A stretch of 64,000 nt of DNA from positions 8,680,001-8,744,000 of the forward strand of contig CM022679.1 of the NCBI GenBank assembly GCA_012295275.1. The letters run 5' to 3'. The position numbers and the translations under genes are program-made. Within the stretch, counting starts at the first letter, position 1. The number at the start of each line of letters is the position of its first letter. The notes below the pieces were generated by a model that was not told the DNA's origin, did no database searches, and saw only the letters and a program-made list of their open reading frames with translations. Below are positions 43,284-57,759 of the stretch, one piece after another. Source of the DNA: Chrysomallon squamiferum (lineage: Eukaryota > Animalia > Mollusca).

Positions 43284-43537
43284 TGCAGAATATTTTTCAT
43301 GTAGAAAAAGGGAGTTGTGTCTCGAACCTGTTTCCATACATTTTGTCTTCCTGTGACGAAACTTTCACGTTCTTTGGGAAATCTGAAGTAAACTTATGTC
43401 TGGAAAAGACGTAACGAGAGTTGTAAACAAATGTCGACAAGTTAAAGGAGATGGAAGTTTCGGTAATGAAAATATTTTTAAATGTGTCGTTACACTATTA
43501 ATACTAAAGTATGAAAACGAACCGATCAAAGTCGCCA
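41463..43537. repeat. Long diverged inverted repeat upstream of copy C (arms ~41463-42378 and ~42593-43537, spacer ~210 bp)
   Basis: Inner ends catttgacagttattac and gtaataactgtcaaatg are reverse complements. Outer ends tggcaacttt and aaagtcgcca. Confidence 0.92.
43183..43282. repeat. Compound (TAC)n(TAA)n microsatellite inside the right inverted-repeat arm
   Basis: Read directly; it explains the spurious poly-T/N and poly-S/I ORFs here. Confidence 0.95.
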
Positions 43538-44304
43538 AATTTAGTGTGTAAAAGCAGCGTAATAGCAGCTTGAAGATGTATGTTTGTATGATCACGGAAA
43601 ACATCAACAACAAATTAAAATACACGTACATGTAAACACGTCCACACACAATAACAAATTTATGTTGTTAATATTTAATTTATTAGCAATTATATCTGTG
43701 ATGTGTGAAGTATTTCAAATAATTTTATATTATATGCACATCATATTATATTATTAATTTAATAATTCATGTACTGCAAATGTTTTCATGATTATTATTT
43801 TAATATGTTTTAAATAGTTTAAAATATTATTTCCTTATACTTTTAATTTATTTGTAAAAAATATTAAGTTTGGTTTTCATTAAATCATTTAACTGTTCTA
43901 TTTAAAACATAATGATTTTTTTTTTTTAAATACTAATACTAAAAATAAAAATCAAGATATATCTTTAAAATAATAATACAAAAAGAGAAAAAAAGAAACG
44001 AAATATTAGTAATATGGGATTACAGTCAGTGTTAAATAAATAAATAAAATCAAAATGAAAAGACAAAAATATAAAAAGTATTTCCTCGTTGAATGTATAA
44101 TTGAAAGTAATTGAATAAAACATTTGTTATGCCGGTAAAAAGTTAAATTAAACAAACAGAACAAACTGTTATTAAACTGAAACTCTCATGACTAAATTAA
44201 TATTGAATTTAATTGATAAACAATGAAAGCATTAATAAATCAAACGTGGACAATAATCTAATATTTGTTAATAAAATATAATAAAAATAACACAACAATC
44301 TAAT

Positions 44305-44420
44305 GAAATGTTACCTGAAATAAACTAAATGCTTCCTTGGCAACTAGAACTTGTGAAACTTAAACCAACCTTCGACCTTTTACCTTCATATTGGCTCAAA
44401 ACATTAGACAATGGGGGTTT
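44305..44420 (-). promoter_or_regulatory. Diverged AG|GT leader module upstream of LRRC45 copy C
   Basis: TTTAGTTTATTTCAG|GTAACA at 44315/44314, in the same context as the module at 26355. Confidence 0.45.
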
Positions 44421-44789
44421 CGTGCAACATTTGTTCTTATGAATGTCTCCGTGTTAAACTTCCATGACTGTGCATTTTAACTTTGTTATTATGTATCTGT
44501 AATATATACGTCTTTGTACTGTAATCCTGCAGTTTATGAGAATAAAATCATTGTCATTGTTTTGTTTTCACGAGTAATTAGCCAACTTAAAGTAACCCAT
44601 TTAACACAGAACGAGCTGAGGTGTAGGTTGAATAATAAAAACAAAAGGCATACACACATTAAAAACATTTTTCTTTCTCTTCTCAAAATGTTCTTTCCAA
44701 TAACATTTTGTAATATTAAAAACATTGAATGTACCAAATTTAAAAGAAAAATATTCCTATTTCACCATGACATCAGTTTCTATTGGAAA

Positions 44790-44848
<59 letters not shown>
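44790..44848. repeat. (AAT)n microsatellite
   Basis: Read directly from the sequence. Confidence 0.95.
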
Positions 44849-44855
<7 letters not shown>

Positions 44856-46252
44856 AATAAATGAAATAAATGAAAATGAAAATAAAATAATAATAATTTA
44901 CAGGACATGAAATAATTAAGGATATGGTTTCACAACCAAATCTTTTTAACAATCAAAAAGGCTGCTTTCTATAAAAACTTCAATGAAAAAAATTATTTTT
45001 AAATGACAAATATAACTGAATCTAACAAATCCTTTCTCAATAAAATTTAACGTTTTGTAGAAATTATAAAACAAAACTGCTGAAATAATACTGTTTTATT
45101 TACATTTCAGTATGAATAACCAAATAAATAATAACATTGTAATGTTTTTAAATGAGCCTTCTTCATTTTATCACAGTAAACAGTAAATTAATATTCTTAC
45201 AAGGACTGTTAATTTTAAACTACAAATTACAATGTCAAATATATTTTCTTCCAAACTTTTCGTTTTCACTTTTGCATAGATTTTTTTTATTTTGGATAGT
45301 ATTAACTATATCTGTCTTGTGAGGTTATAAGACATATAATATAAAAGGTTACTATAATAGGAATAACAGGTACCATTCTGAAAAGACAAAACTATATCAA
45401 AGACGTTTGCATACAAAATTCAAGCAGTGAGAGAGAAAGAACGCTTGAGACAGTGCTTAACAGAATCTGCTCACTGTTTGTTATCAATTCAGTCTTGTGC
45501 CACTCAAAATACAGTATGTTAAGAAAAATGTATAAATGTCTTTTCTGACATTTTTGTTCTAGTTCATTAATGATATCAGTCATTTTGGAACAATGACTGT
45601 TTATCCTATTAATTGTAGGCAATAAACAGTCCCTTGACAAAATTCATAAAAGTTGCAAGTGTGCATTTGAACAAAAAATATTTTCTCAAAGTTGCAGACA
45701 CTACAGCTCTGTATACTGAATATTTATAACACATATGTCTATCTTGTCAAAATCATTCATATATGTATCTTTAAAATTAAAAAATCCTGTTTATAATGTA
45801 TATGATTACAATGGAAAATAAATGTTTTCAATTAAAACAAATTTCAGACTAACTGCACTAGTAACTGTGACAAAAAAGTGTGCGAACTAGACACACAGTG
45901 TTGAACATTCATTTTCCTCATTTTTAAAAAGGAAATAAATATTTCTAAGATGCACAAATTACTACTTATTCGGACTATTAATGGGTTTATTTTATTTAAC
46001 ATCTTTTTAATAAAATTATATATATATGAGTTGCTAATTATACAAGAGTAAATACCTACAAAAATGAATTATGTATATATATGTTTTTGAAAAGCGAATA
46101 AATTTAAAACTAATATAAATTATTAAACTTAATAGATAGAGAACATTTACAGAAACCGTATTTCCTAAAATCTGACATAGTACATGCAAACTCTGGCATT
46201 ATGAACACAAAATCTCCTCTCTCTATGTATTTAAATATCTGTAAGGTCTACA

Positions 46253-49200
46253 TTAGGGACATGAAGAAGGAGGTGCTTTTGCTACATAGTTCACAATGGC
46301 TGTCTGAAGAATTTGAGCTCTCCGGGTTTCTTCATCTCTAATCCTAGCCACTTCATGTTCTCGAGCTTTTAGTTTTTCTTGCAGACAAGCAATTTCCCTG
46401 TCTTTCTCTTCAATTATCTGTCGATGCTTCCATATTTCATCTGCAGACAAAAAAAAAAAATAATAATAAATAAAAATCTCTGACTCGGGTATCATTTGAA
46501 AGGACTGAGAGACACTGATATTGATACAGATTTGTATTCTTATAATTTTGCTCCATTATATCGATCTGATAAACAGATTGCCAGGCCAGATTTTAAAAAA
46601 TAAAGATAAAGGTTATACTCTATACTGTATAAAGATTACACAATTTAAAAAAAATGTTTTATATGCATTACACAATTTATTAGCAGTACTGAATTGTCTT
46701 GCTTTTAAATGCTTTAAATTTTGTCTTTCTTTTATTCATTCTTGTTTTCTTTTTCTTTTTTTTTCAAATAGTCCTTTCTATTTCATATTATTCAATTTCT
46801 TTTCTGTTATTCTTCATTGTTTAGTGGGGTCTTTTTTCCCTTATTTATTCTACTTTTTTTTTTTTTTAAATTCTTCTCTTTTTTTGATAGTAATAAACTT
46901 GCCTGACACTTCTTTGTCAACTTTTGAGAGTTTCTTACGAAGTTCCACCTGCATCTGACGCTCACTCTCCAGTGAGTTCAGTGTGGCATTCAGTTCTAAT
47001 TTAACCTTGTTCACCTCTGCTATTGTTACATTATTCTTTTCAGCCAGCTCCTGTATACACAAATAACAGAAAATTAGTCATCATTTTGCAGCAAAAAAAC
47101 AAAACAAAGTCTGCTTTATTCAATGGACTATATGACTCAAGATAATTTTTGTATTATTACAATATTAGCAATTATTTAATTGGGATGGGGTGTCAAAATA
47201 ATTTCACAGAAAATTATTCAGCAGATGTTATTTCTCCTGGAATGTAGCAAATGGAATACTGATTAAAAAATAAAATATATACTTCCTAACCTAGTTAATA
47301 AAATGCAATCAATAATCTGATTTATTAACAGTACTGTATTTAAAAGTAACACACTTTATTAAAGTAAGTTAGCAGAGTAGATTTCAAGGATTCATTGAAA
47401 TGTAAATACTCTACATAATAATACCTGTTCCATTTCCTCCAGCCTTCTCTTCAGTGTGCCAATCTCCAGAGTGAGATTAGAGTTCTTGTGTTGCAGTTCA
47501 GAAACCAGTGATGCCTTCTGGTTACAGTGACTCTCGAGATCATCTTTTGAAATCTGTAAAACTCGAACCTTCTCCTCCAGCTGTTTCTGGCGCTGCTCCT
47601 GTTTCAGAAAGTTTAAAATTTAATTAAATTATCTAAATTTATTTGTATGTTTGTTTGGTAATTATTAATTTTAATGTGTATTTGTTGTTTGTAAACATCT
47701 TCAATGCAATTATAATCAAATAATTCAAATATTTTTTGAAAAGTATAAAAACAAAAAATCCAATCGTAATGCCAATTTTATTTTATTTCTTAAAACTTAA
47801 AAACAACAAACCCAACCTCCTTAGTCTTGATTTTCTGTTTGGCTTGCGCCAGCTGTTCTTCAGCTGCCATTTTCTCAGACACTAGAGTTGCTTTGAGTCG
47901 ACAGATCTCTTCATCTAGTTCCAGTTGGTGCTGCTGCAATTTGTGTATTTTATCACGCAGTGTCTTTTCCAATTCAGCAGCTTCTTCTTTGATTCGATCA
48001 ATCTAGAATTACTTTACCATTAATACTAGTATTAATTATTATAACTGTCAGTCACATTCAGACCAATGAGAGCAACCCACTCATACAGATGTGTACATGT
48101 ATTTTGTATAGCATGTGTACACACATTTTGTAGCAACTTATATATAGATTAATGCACACACACACTCTTACTCTCTGGACAATCAAGAAAATGTTTGAAT
48201 ATTTAAAGCAATCCCTAAAGAACTAGATTTACTCATCATTTATCTAGTACCTCAAATGTTCAGACATTAAAAAGTCAGATCATTTTTAATTTTTTTATGT
48301 ATTATTCTAATATATAAAATTTATATAGAAATTCCTAAAACAAACTATAACATTATAAATACATTTTTCTGACATAAATACAGGTAATGAAAGTTACCTG
48401 TAAGCTATTTAGGTTTATTTTTAAAGCAAAATGTGAAATGTTTACCTCTTTCTGTTTATACTGTTCCATGTCTTGAATTGTTTCTTTCTGGCGCATTCGT
48501 TCCTGCCGAATTCTTTCTGTAATAGAAACAACATTCATAATAAAAGATTATATAATTTCTGGGTTTGTTTTCATACTTACTTCATTTCAACCCAGGATTA
48601 ATGTTTTAATGTAGAAAATTAATAAATCAGTTTAGAATTATTCAAATTACTTAATGACTATTAAAATATTATTTCATTATTTATTAATAAATTCTACTTG
48701 TTATAAACCCGCAGAAGACAGCAAATTTTTGTTAGGAATTGATTGAAAGAAAAGAAGTTCTGCAATTTAAGGCCTTATGGGACAAATGACGATACTGTAA
48801 TCATAAGGAAAGATTAACACATACAAAAAGTCATAACTCTCATTGTTCAACAAAACCAAATATTGAAAATTTGATAACAAGTTTCCATCTCACTAACTGA
48901 AATAACCTCCTTCAGCAATAAGACATTAATGAACTTGATATCTCACTGATGATTCAGGTCTTTGATGATGTCATTGTAGTGATGTATATAAGATTTTTGC
49001 AAACAAAAACATTAAGCAGTGAAAAGCCTAATAAACATATTTTTCTTAAGTTGCACTCCAGATAATAATTTTTACTTGACGATCAAATTTATTAAGGGAC
49101 CTGAACATTGAGAATGTCCCTACATACCATCACACTGAGATGGTTTGAGTTTCAGTTCGGCCTGAAGATGAGTCAGTTTTTCTTTGAGATCATAAATCTC

Positions 49201-52200
49201 TTCTTGCTGTTTCTTGCATTTCCTGTCCAAATCTTCACACTGCGACAATGAAGATTATATTAGAAATAACTGATAATTAACTACTGAACTAGTTATTATA
49301 TTATGGAAAAGATTAGGTTGTTTATCTTATCTAGTTCACTGAATTCATTGTGATATGCTTAACAATGATGAAGTTAAGTTACTTTTATTATCCTTCAAGA
49401 GTTTTAATATTTTTTAATAATAAAGTAGGACAATAACACAGCAAAACTGTTACTGGTATATTTACCAACATAATTATTACATTAAACACTTTTGAAAGTT
49501 ATTTCAAAAACAGATATTTAATTTCTCCTTTTCTAAATACTTCTTAAATGTTGTTATTGTAAACAAACCATAGTCTTTATATAAAAAATTAAGAGCATTA
49601 ACCTAATTAAAGTGAAATAAATTAAATATGTCTAATAATGTTTTACCTTGATTCCAAGCTGTTCGTTTTTATCATTACTCTCAGACAACTCTCTCAGTTT
49701 CATTTCCTTTGTGACTCTGTTCTGAAATAATTTGTAATCAAATTTCAAATCTTTCCACTAAAATCAAAACATAATAATTTTGTTTTAGTCATGAAGGCAA
49801 ATTACCAAAGACAACAGAGTTTGTCTTATAATTATTAACCAAAAGGAAATAAATTATTTGATGCTGCAGATGTTAATTTTGTGTTCCTATCAAAGCAATA
49901 TTACTGACTGTGATCACATGAAATAAAAGAAGTTAAACGCTTGTCTGTCTTAATTATATTTTCACACAGAAAGCATAACACAAAAAATATCTGAGAATTA
50001 GTTTAAATGCCTGGTTATAAAATCTGTTTTTCTTATGGACAGATGTTTATAATGGAATAATACACAAGATAAAAACTGGTTTCATAAATGATGCTGAAGT
50101 GTTTTATAATTCATAAATAAATAATTTTTATATATTAAAAATATGGAAGGCAAATTTATGACTGAAAAAATCAACTGTTTCACCTCTTTCTCTGTTTCTG
50201 CTAATTTGTGTTTTAAACAAGCTATAACTGAGTCCTGGTCACGAAGTTTATGCTCAGCTAATACCAACTCTGATTCTGTTATAGACAATCTGTAAAACAG
50301 TAAATATTACTGAAATAAAACATTAAATACTTCATCTATTAAAAAACCATATATATTATAATGAAAAAAAAAAAACCAAAAGAAAAAAGAAAAAGAAAAT
50401 AAAATTAAAAAAACACACACATAATATCTCCCTCCATAAAGTCCCATAATGAATTTAATAAATGCTTTGCTGCTAATTGATAGAGGAATCTGTTGTAATG
50501 GGTTTTCTGAGTATTAATATTAAAATGTGCTGTGTTATTAAACAAACTATTTAATCTTTCAACTAACTTAGCTGCAAGACAATTGAAGTCCTTTTTCTTT
50601 TCTTCCAAAGCTTCCTGTAACATTGAAATCTTGTGGGTTAAAGATCTGAAAAAAAATAATAAAAAAAAAAATTAAATTCTCTTTAAGAAAATGTCCACAA
50701 TTCAGGCTTCATAATAAAATAAGAGAAAACCTCAATTAACTATTTATCAATTTCAAATTAAATATTTGACTTTTTTTCACAAAATTATTCTCACAAAATT
50801 CAACAGTGTATCTGGTATTTATTGTTTTCAACAATGGCTTATCAAACTGATTGTTAGGTGAATGATATTTCCTGAGATAAAACACTAGTGAATTATGTGA
50901 ACAGATATGCTTTCTAAACTCTGGTCTCAGTCTCAAGAGTATTTCAGTATTAAAAAATATTATTTCATTTTGCCTTTTTTTGTTTTTGCGTAGAAGATCT
51001 TCTTGACAATCAATGGTATTTATTAAATCACATATCTGAAAATAAAAACACAAGATTACAATAATTAATTTATATACATAGAAATAATAACAAAGGCACT
51101 CTATGCTTGTGTACAATGCAAATAAACTAAGGGAATATATGGAGGCATCTGCAACTGTTCTAAAACATATCCCTTCCCTTTTATTAAATATATAGAAATT
51201 GCCTCAAAGATGGCTTAAAATGAATCTATATACATCCTGAGTTTTAAACTTTTCTCAGGGGTGGACTGCAGAAACCCAACACTTAGGCATAATGCTAAAC
51301 ATTTTCTGGATACCACTGTAATAATGCTTTAGTAAAGGAAGAGACAAAATTTTGACAAATCATACGTTCACAGAAAAAAATACTATCCATTCAGAAACCT
51401 TTTAATAAGAAACACTTGTAAGAAAGATTTATGATGAATTATTAAACTTAAAAAAAACAAATTCATAAAATACAATTGAAGGTTTTTATCTTTTTTCTGC
51501 CATGGCAGTTTCGTGTAAAAGTAAAAAAGAAATTGCAGATACCTGTGTACGTTTGTCCACTTCAATCTGCTTTATATGTCTGGTCAGTGTTCTTGTTTGT
51601 TTTGTATATTCATCAGTTAACAGCTGTCGATCTGCATTATTGGATATAGCAGTCTCTGAAAGAACAATTGGCTTATTTTTAATTCATTTCAATTTTCTTT
51701 TTTTTACTACAACAAGACACGTATGAAATCAATTTTTTTATTTTGTATTACCTCACATTTTGTAATTTAAAGAAGAAAAAATATTAGAGTTTTTCGTAAT
51801 CCTAATCCTTTAGACTTGAACAATTCTAGATTTCATCACAATTTGTAATTTAAATAAGAAAATGCTTTTTTAGATTTTCATAATCTAAACCCTTGAGACT
51901 TTTACAATTCTATATATTCATTTCATCACAATTTGTAATTTGAAGAAGAAAAAATAATTTACAGGTTTTTCATATTCTAAACCCTTTAGACTTTTAGAAT
52001 GAATGGACACACAATAAAGTTTCAAGACTTACTAGCACATGAGTTGGTGTATTCTAATTATTTAAAATAAATATTTATTTTTTTATGTATGTAACATAAA
52101 TAAACATTTTCTAATGCCACAAAAAATGTTTGAATATTTCACTTGTAACAAACCTATAGATTTGAGAACATCTGATGGGATGTCGTTGCCAGCCAGCTCC

Positions 52201-52519
52201 AGTCTACTCAAAGTTTTATTAGTTTTTAGCATGTCAAGTATAGCACATCCACCCAAAAGTCCAATATTGTTCCATCGCAAGTCTAAAAAAAAATGAAATC
52301 GTCTAAGTAAACCAGATGTTGGTTTTTTTCTGACATTTAGTATTCTCCAGTTAAAAACAATATATAATTTGAAAAAACAAACAAAAAACCAGGTGGGTAT
52401 GTAATTAGGGCCAGGTTTAAGTAGAGGCCTATATCAATATCATTTCAATTTTTATATAATAAAATAATATACTTAGCAGGGCCTATAAAGTTTATTATAA
52501 ATCAGTCCTTCTCTGCTTG

Positions 52520-52557
<38 letters not shown>

Positions 52558-53112
52558 GCATGAGTTCTTTTCAGGTTTAGCTCATGTTAATGAAATAAAA
52601 AGATATTTCAAACCTAATGTGTAAAGTAAGTAAAGAAAATGATTTAATTACCTAATGCTTTCAGGCAACAGTTCCATTTGAGATTTGTTGCTAATTCTGC
52701 TGCACCTCCATGGTTAATCTGATTGTTTCTCAAGTCCAGTTCCTGGAGATTCCTGTTACAGCCCAAAGCACTACAGAAAACAGCAAAAGAATCTTCCAGC
52801 AAGCCTAGAGCATTCCATTCAAGACATAAACTGAAACAAAATGGCAACATTTAACAATAAAGAATATTAAAACAAATTTCATTGTAACAATCAAATTATC
52901 ATTCAGTCAAAATGAGGAGAAATGACCAGCCAAATATTCCTACCATATATTCCATATAACACTAATGAACTTACACTGAGGAAAAGTTTCAGTAAATTAA
53001 CATAAGGGAACGTTTTTGATAAAATTTAAATAACAAACCTCTTTAAAGTGTTATTTTTCTGTAGCATCTTTCCAACTGCTTCAGCTCCTGAACCATGAAT
53101 ATTATTACCCTG

Positions 53113-53148
<36 letters not shown>

Positions 53149-54843
53149 ATTAAATTTTTAATTTTTAATTTTTTTTTAAACTATGTACTATAGAAATTTG
53201 TCTGGAAACCAACCCCAAAAAATGGAATCCAAAGATTCTCTATGGCATGTAAATCACTTTAAAAAAACTAATTTTCAGACAACAATCAACATTTACCAAA
53301 CCCAAACAACATTCTGTCTGTACTTAATATCACCACTGTGTTAGTCAAGGGGAGGAAAATCATGTAAATGGTTTTAACATAATTTTGTGCTAATACATTG
53401 CAATGATCTAATAAAAGAATGAAATGATCCTTAAGTCATATTTAATTAAAGGTTTGTTTACTTTTTTGTTTTTTTATCCTAATAAATATCTATATTGCAT
53501 TTCAAGTAATGCATCACTTTTAAAAATAAAAAAAATAAACATTTCACAAATTACAATTTACTACTGAATTTACACAAAACTATACCTTCATATCCAGCTT
53601 CTTGCAGTATGAGTTGATGGAAAGTCCATGACAAATTTCTCTGGTTGCTGAAAGAAAACATTTTTTTTTAAATAAATAAATAACATTTAATACGAAGTGA
53701 AATATTAATATTAAGTTGGGATGAAAATTTATATACAAACAAACATAAAAACAAAAATAAATAATATATAATATACATATTGCACTGAAACAAAAGTTTG
53801 TAACATTTTTCAATAGGTGGTGTTTAAGGACATGATTTTGTTTCATATCACGTTCTGAAAGGTAAACAAAATGGCACAAAATATATGGCTGATTAAACCT
53901 ACGTACAGATATCTCTACAATGTCTTTAATTCCACTTGAAAAATGCTATGAACATTTGTTCCAACCCAGTAAAAAGAATGCATATATACAAATACTAATA
54001 TATTCTCCTACATGTGGCAATGTGATATTTTACATTAAATTTCAAAAGGTTAATGTTGTATAGTTTTGTTTTAGCTTAATCATTTTCCACGTGCTTTTCT
54101 GTTTACCTGTCTCTGACTAAAACTGATGAAGGCTTGTAATTCATTAGAAGTTAACAGATAATATAAACTCATCCTTAGTGATGCTTGTGATGCCTGTAGA
54201 CTACCATAGTTCATAAATGTGGGTAAAACAAGAACAAAACAAAGCACAAAAATGTTTAAGACAATAAAACTGTGTACCCAAATCCTGCAGTGTTAGCATC
54301 AAGCCTGAATACCCATACTGCTATGCTGTAGATAACACATAAATAAATGGATGCATGTATAGAAAACAATGATAAATAAAAAGGGGAAATATTTTGTTTC
54401 ATATTTAAATTATGAAAACATTATGAAAATTCAGTTATTACCATCTTGATTCAACATGCAGTCTGAAAACTTTATTTCAACGTAGGTGTGGTCACATGAC
54501 AACAGCTTTCCAAGTACTGCACAGGTTTTATCTGTCAGACAGTTAGCTGATAAATCAAGTACAGCTTTGTCACAACATAAACTGTAAAAAAAATAATTAA
54601 AAAAAACAACAACAACAGTTTTGATTGTTTCAAATTAAAACATTACTGTACAATACCTTTAAAACTTTATAATTGGGGTTTTTCTCTCTCTCTTTAACTC
54701 TTTCTCTGACTCAATCTGAATTTTAATGTAGGAAAGCAGTAAGATATTTTCTCTAACCTTTTCAGTTTGCACAAAACACAGTCTTGAACGTCAACATGGT
54801 TGTCCTTACATAAACGTAAATATATGTGTTTACTATCATCCAT
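46253..54843 (-). CDS. LRRC45: Leucine-rich repeat-containing protein 45, paralogue D; complete, 17 coding exons, 659 aa
   Basis: Exons: 54843-54758, 54581-54442, 53647-53586, 53109-53039, 52830-52652, 52282-52154, 51655-51543, 51035-50974 (GC donor), 50645-50568, 50289-50184, 49721-49647, 49239-49128, 48516-48446, 48002-47817, 47598-47425, 47050-46903 (GC donor), 46440-46253. Total 1980 nt, all phases consistent. Protein runs [14 protein letters not shown] through the LRRs and coiled coil to [22 protein letters not shown], colinear with recalled human LRRC45 (~670 aa). Confidence 0.9.
52524..52553. repeat. (TG)n microsatellite, intronic
   Basis: Read directly; shorter in copy A at ~20751. 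Confidence 0.93.
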
Positions 54844-54876
54844 TCTGGAAAAAAAATAAAAATAAAAAAAATAAAA

Positions 54877-54915
<39 letters not shown>

Positions 54916-55021
54916 TTAATGAAAATAAATATTTATATATGTATATAATTATTTTTAAATTTGTTTTTAATTTTATTTATTTATTTATTTGCAGAAATAT
55001 ATATAAATAAATAATAATAAT

Positions 55022-57009
55022 TGCAATTTTACTGTGTCCATTTTCATACAATTTAGTTCTAATGGTGTAATGACACGTTTAAAAATATTTTCATTACCCA
55101 AAAGTCCATCTTTTTTAGCTTGTCGACATTTGTTTACAACTCTCATCTTTTCCAGACATATATTTACTTCAGAGTTCTCAAAGAAAGTGAAACCATTCAT
55201 CACTGGAAGACAAAATATATTGAAACAGGTTCAGAACAAAACTCCTTTTTTCTACATGAATAATATTCTGCTTATTATTACTTTTGGTAATATTATTGTA
55301 CACGATTTAAACAAATAACAGTTTGAATAAGACATTTATTTATCCATTAGTCCAGATTTCATTTACTTGGATATTTTGGTTAGGTTAGGCGTATTCATCA
55401 TATTGCATGCAAACTATTAGGAAGTATTCTGTGTTCAGTGACTAAGATTACAAATATAATGAATGTTTCTCTTTTGCTTATATAAACTTTATTTTTCTTT
55501 CTTTCCTTTTTCTAAAATTGAATATCAGTTACAACTCGGTACAACTTTAACTAACAATGCATCAAATAAAATCAAAGATAAATTGCTCAGAAAGAGGACC
55601 TTAATGGAGCATCATAGGAAGGAACATAATTAACAGCACTCTTTTCAAAAACATTATGAAAGTAAAGCATCCTTGTTTTCAATATGGCACTGAATAGCAA
55701 TTGAAATATACTTTTCATTGTAGAAATTCGGATTCATTATCCTGTACATAATCAGCCTTTCCAAAATTTTCATATATTTGACATTAACAGAACACAATAG
55801 GAATAGTAGGTAATTTAAAATTGTGTAATATTTATCACTATTATGCAGATCTTTAAAATCAAATATATACTAAAATAGTAAAATGAATAATTCAATTATT
55901 GATTATTTTAAGGTCATTTGACAGTTATTACTATGACTTTGTGTCACCGTGTTCTTCATGTAGGCCAGTAAGGATAGTTAAGCACATTATTATTAGCACA
56001 AAGATTGGCCATTTCCCTAATGATTTTGACTGTTATTCGAAACATTATTTTAAACAATATAATGTACTAATTTTCTAAAAAAAAAAAAAAATTTTTTATA
56101 GAAATGGATGCTTTTAAACACATATGTAATAACAGTCAAATGAGCTTAACATAATTAATAATTAAATTATTTATTTTGGGACTTCAGTATATATTTGTTT
56201 TTAAAGATCTCCATTATAGTGATAAATATTACACTATTTTAATTATGTTGCTATTACGATTGCGTTCTATTAATGCCAATATATGAACATTTTGAAAAGA
56301 CTAATTACGTACAACACAATGAATCAAAATTTCGGAAATCGAAAATATATTTCAATAGCTATTCTGATAGTATTCAACACCATATTGAAAACAAGGACGC
56401 ATTACGTTTATAATGAAAAAAGAGTTATGTCCCTTTCTATGATGTGCCAACAAGGTCCATCCTTCTCCGCAATTTATCTTCGATTTTATTTAATGCATGG
56501 TTAATTAAAGCTGTATCGACTTGTAGCTGAATACTTAATTAAAAAAAAAAAGATAAAAAGATAAAAAATAATAAAAATAATAAACGTTTATATAGGCAAA
56601 AGAGAAACATTAATTATATTTGTGATCTTAGTCACTGAACACAGAATACTTCCGAATAGTTTTCATGCAATATGAATATCATGAATATGTCTAACCGTAC
56701 CAAAATATCCAAGTAAACGAAAACTGGACTAAAGGATAAATGTCTTATTTGAACTGTATTTGTTTAAATCGTGTCGAAAAAGGGAGTTTTGTCCCGAACC
56801 TGTTTCCATATATTTTGTCTTCCTGTGACGTAACTTTCACTTTCTTTGGGAAATCTGAAGTAAACTTATGTCTGGAACAGACTTAACGAGAGTTGTAAAC
56901 AAATGTCGACAAGTTAAAGGAGATGGACGTTTGGGTAATGAAAATATTTTTAAATGTGTCATTACACTATTAGTACTAAAGTATGAAAACGAACCCAGTA
57001 AAGTCGCCA
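55022..57009. repeat. Long diverged inverted repeat upstream of copy D (arms ~55022-55931 and ~56126-57009)
   Basis: Same arms as in copies A and C, e.g. gaagtattctgtgttcagtgactaagat (55421) versus atcttagtcactgaacacagaatacttc (~56625). Confidence 0.92.
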
Positions 57010-57759
57010 AAGTCAGTGCGTAAAAGCAGCGTAATAGCAGCTTGAAGATGTATGTTTGTATGATCACGGAAAACATCAACAACAAATTAAAATACACGTA
57101 CATGTAAACACGTCCACACACAACAATAACAAATTTATGTTGTTAATATTTAATTTATTAGCAATTATATCTGTGATGTGTGAAGTATTTCAAATAATTT
57201 TATATTATATGCACATCATATTATATTATTAATTTAACAATTCATGTACTGCAAATGTTTTCATGATTATTATTTTAATATGTTTTAAATATTTTAAAAT
57301 ATTATTTCCTTATACTTTTAATTTATTTGTAAAAAGTATTAAGTTGGTTTTCATTAAATCATTTAACTGTACTATTTAAAACATAATGATTTTTTTTTTT
57401 TAAATACTAATACTAAAAATAAAAATAAGATATATCTTTAAAATAATAATACAAAAAGAGAGAAAAAAGAAATATTAGTAATATGGGATTACAGTCAGTG
57501 TTAAATAAATAAATAAAAGAAAAATGAAAAAAAAAACTATAAAAAGTATTTTCTCGTTGAATGTAAAACTGAATGTATTTGAATAAAACATTTGTTATAC
57601 AGGTAAAAAGTTAAATTAAGCAAACAGAACAAACTGTTATTAAACTGAAACTCTCATGACTAAACCATATTTATTATTATGAAAGCATTAATAAATCAAA
57701 TGTGGACAATAATCTAATATTTGTTGATAAAATATAATGAAAATAACATAACAATCTAA

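Noticed and set aside
24744-45640. Many short ORFs in the track (e.g. 25280, 26555, 26911, 41349, 43088, 43169, 44514)
   Set aside because: They are low-complexity or microsatellite-derived, often start at non-ATG codons, have frames that vary between paralogous copies, and lack splice support.
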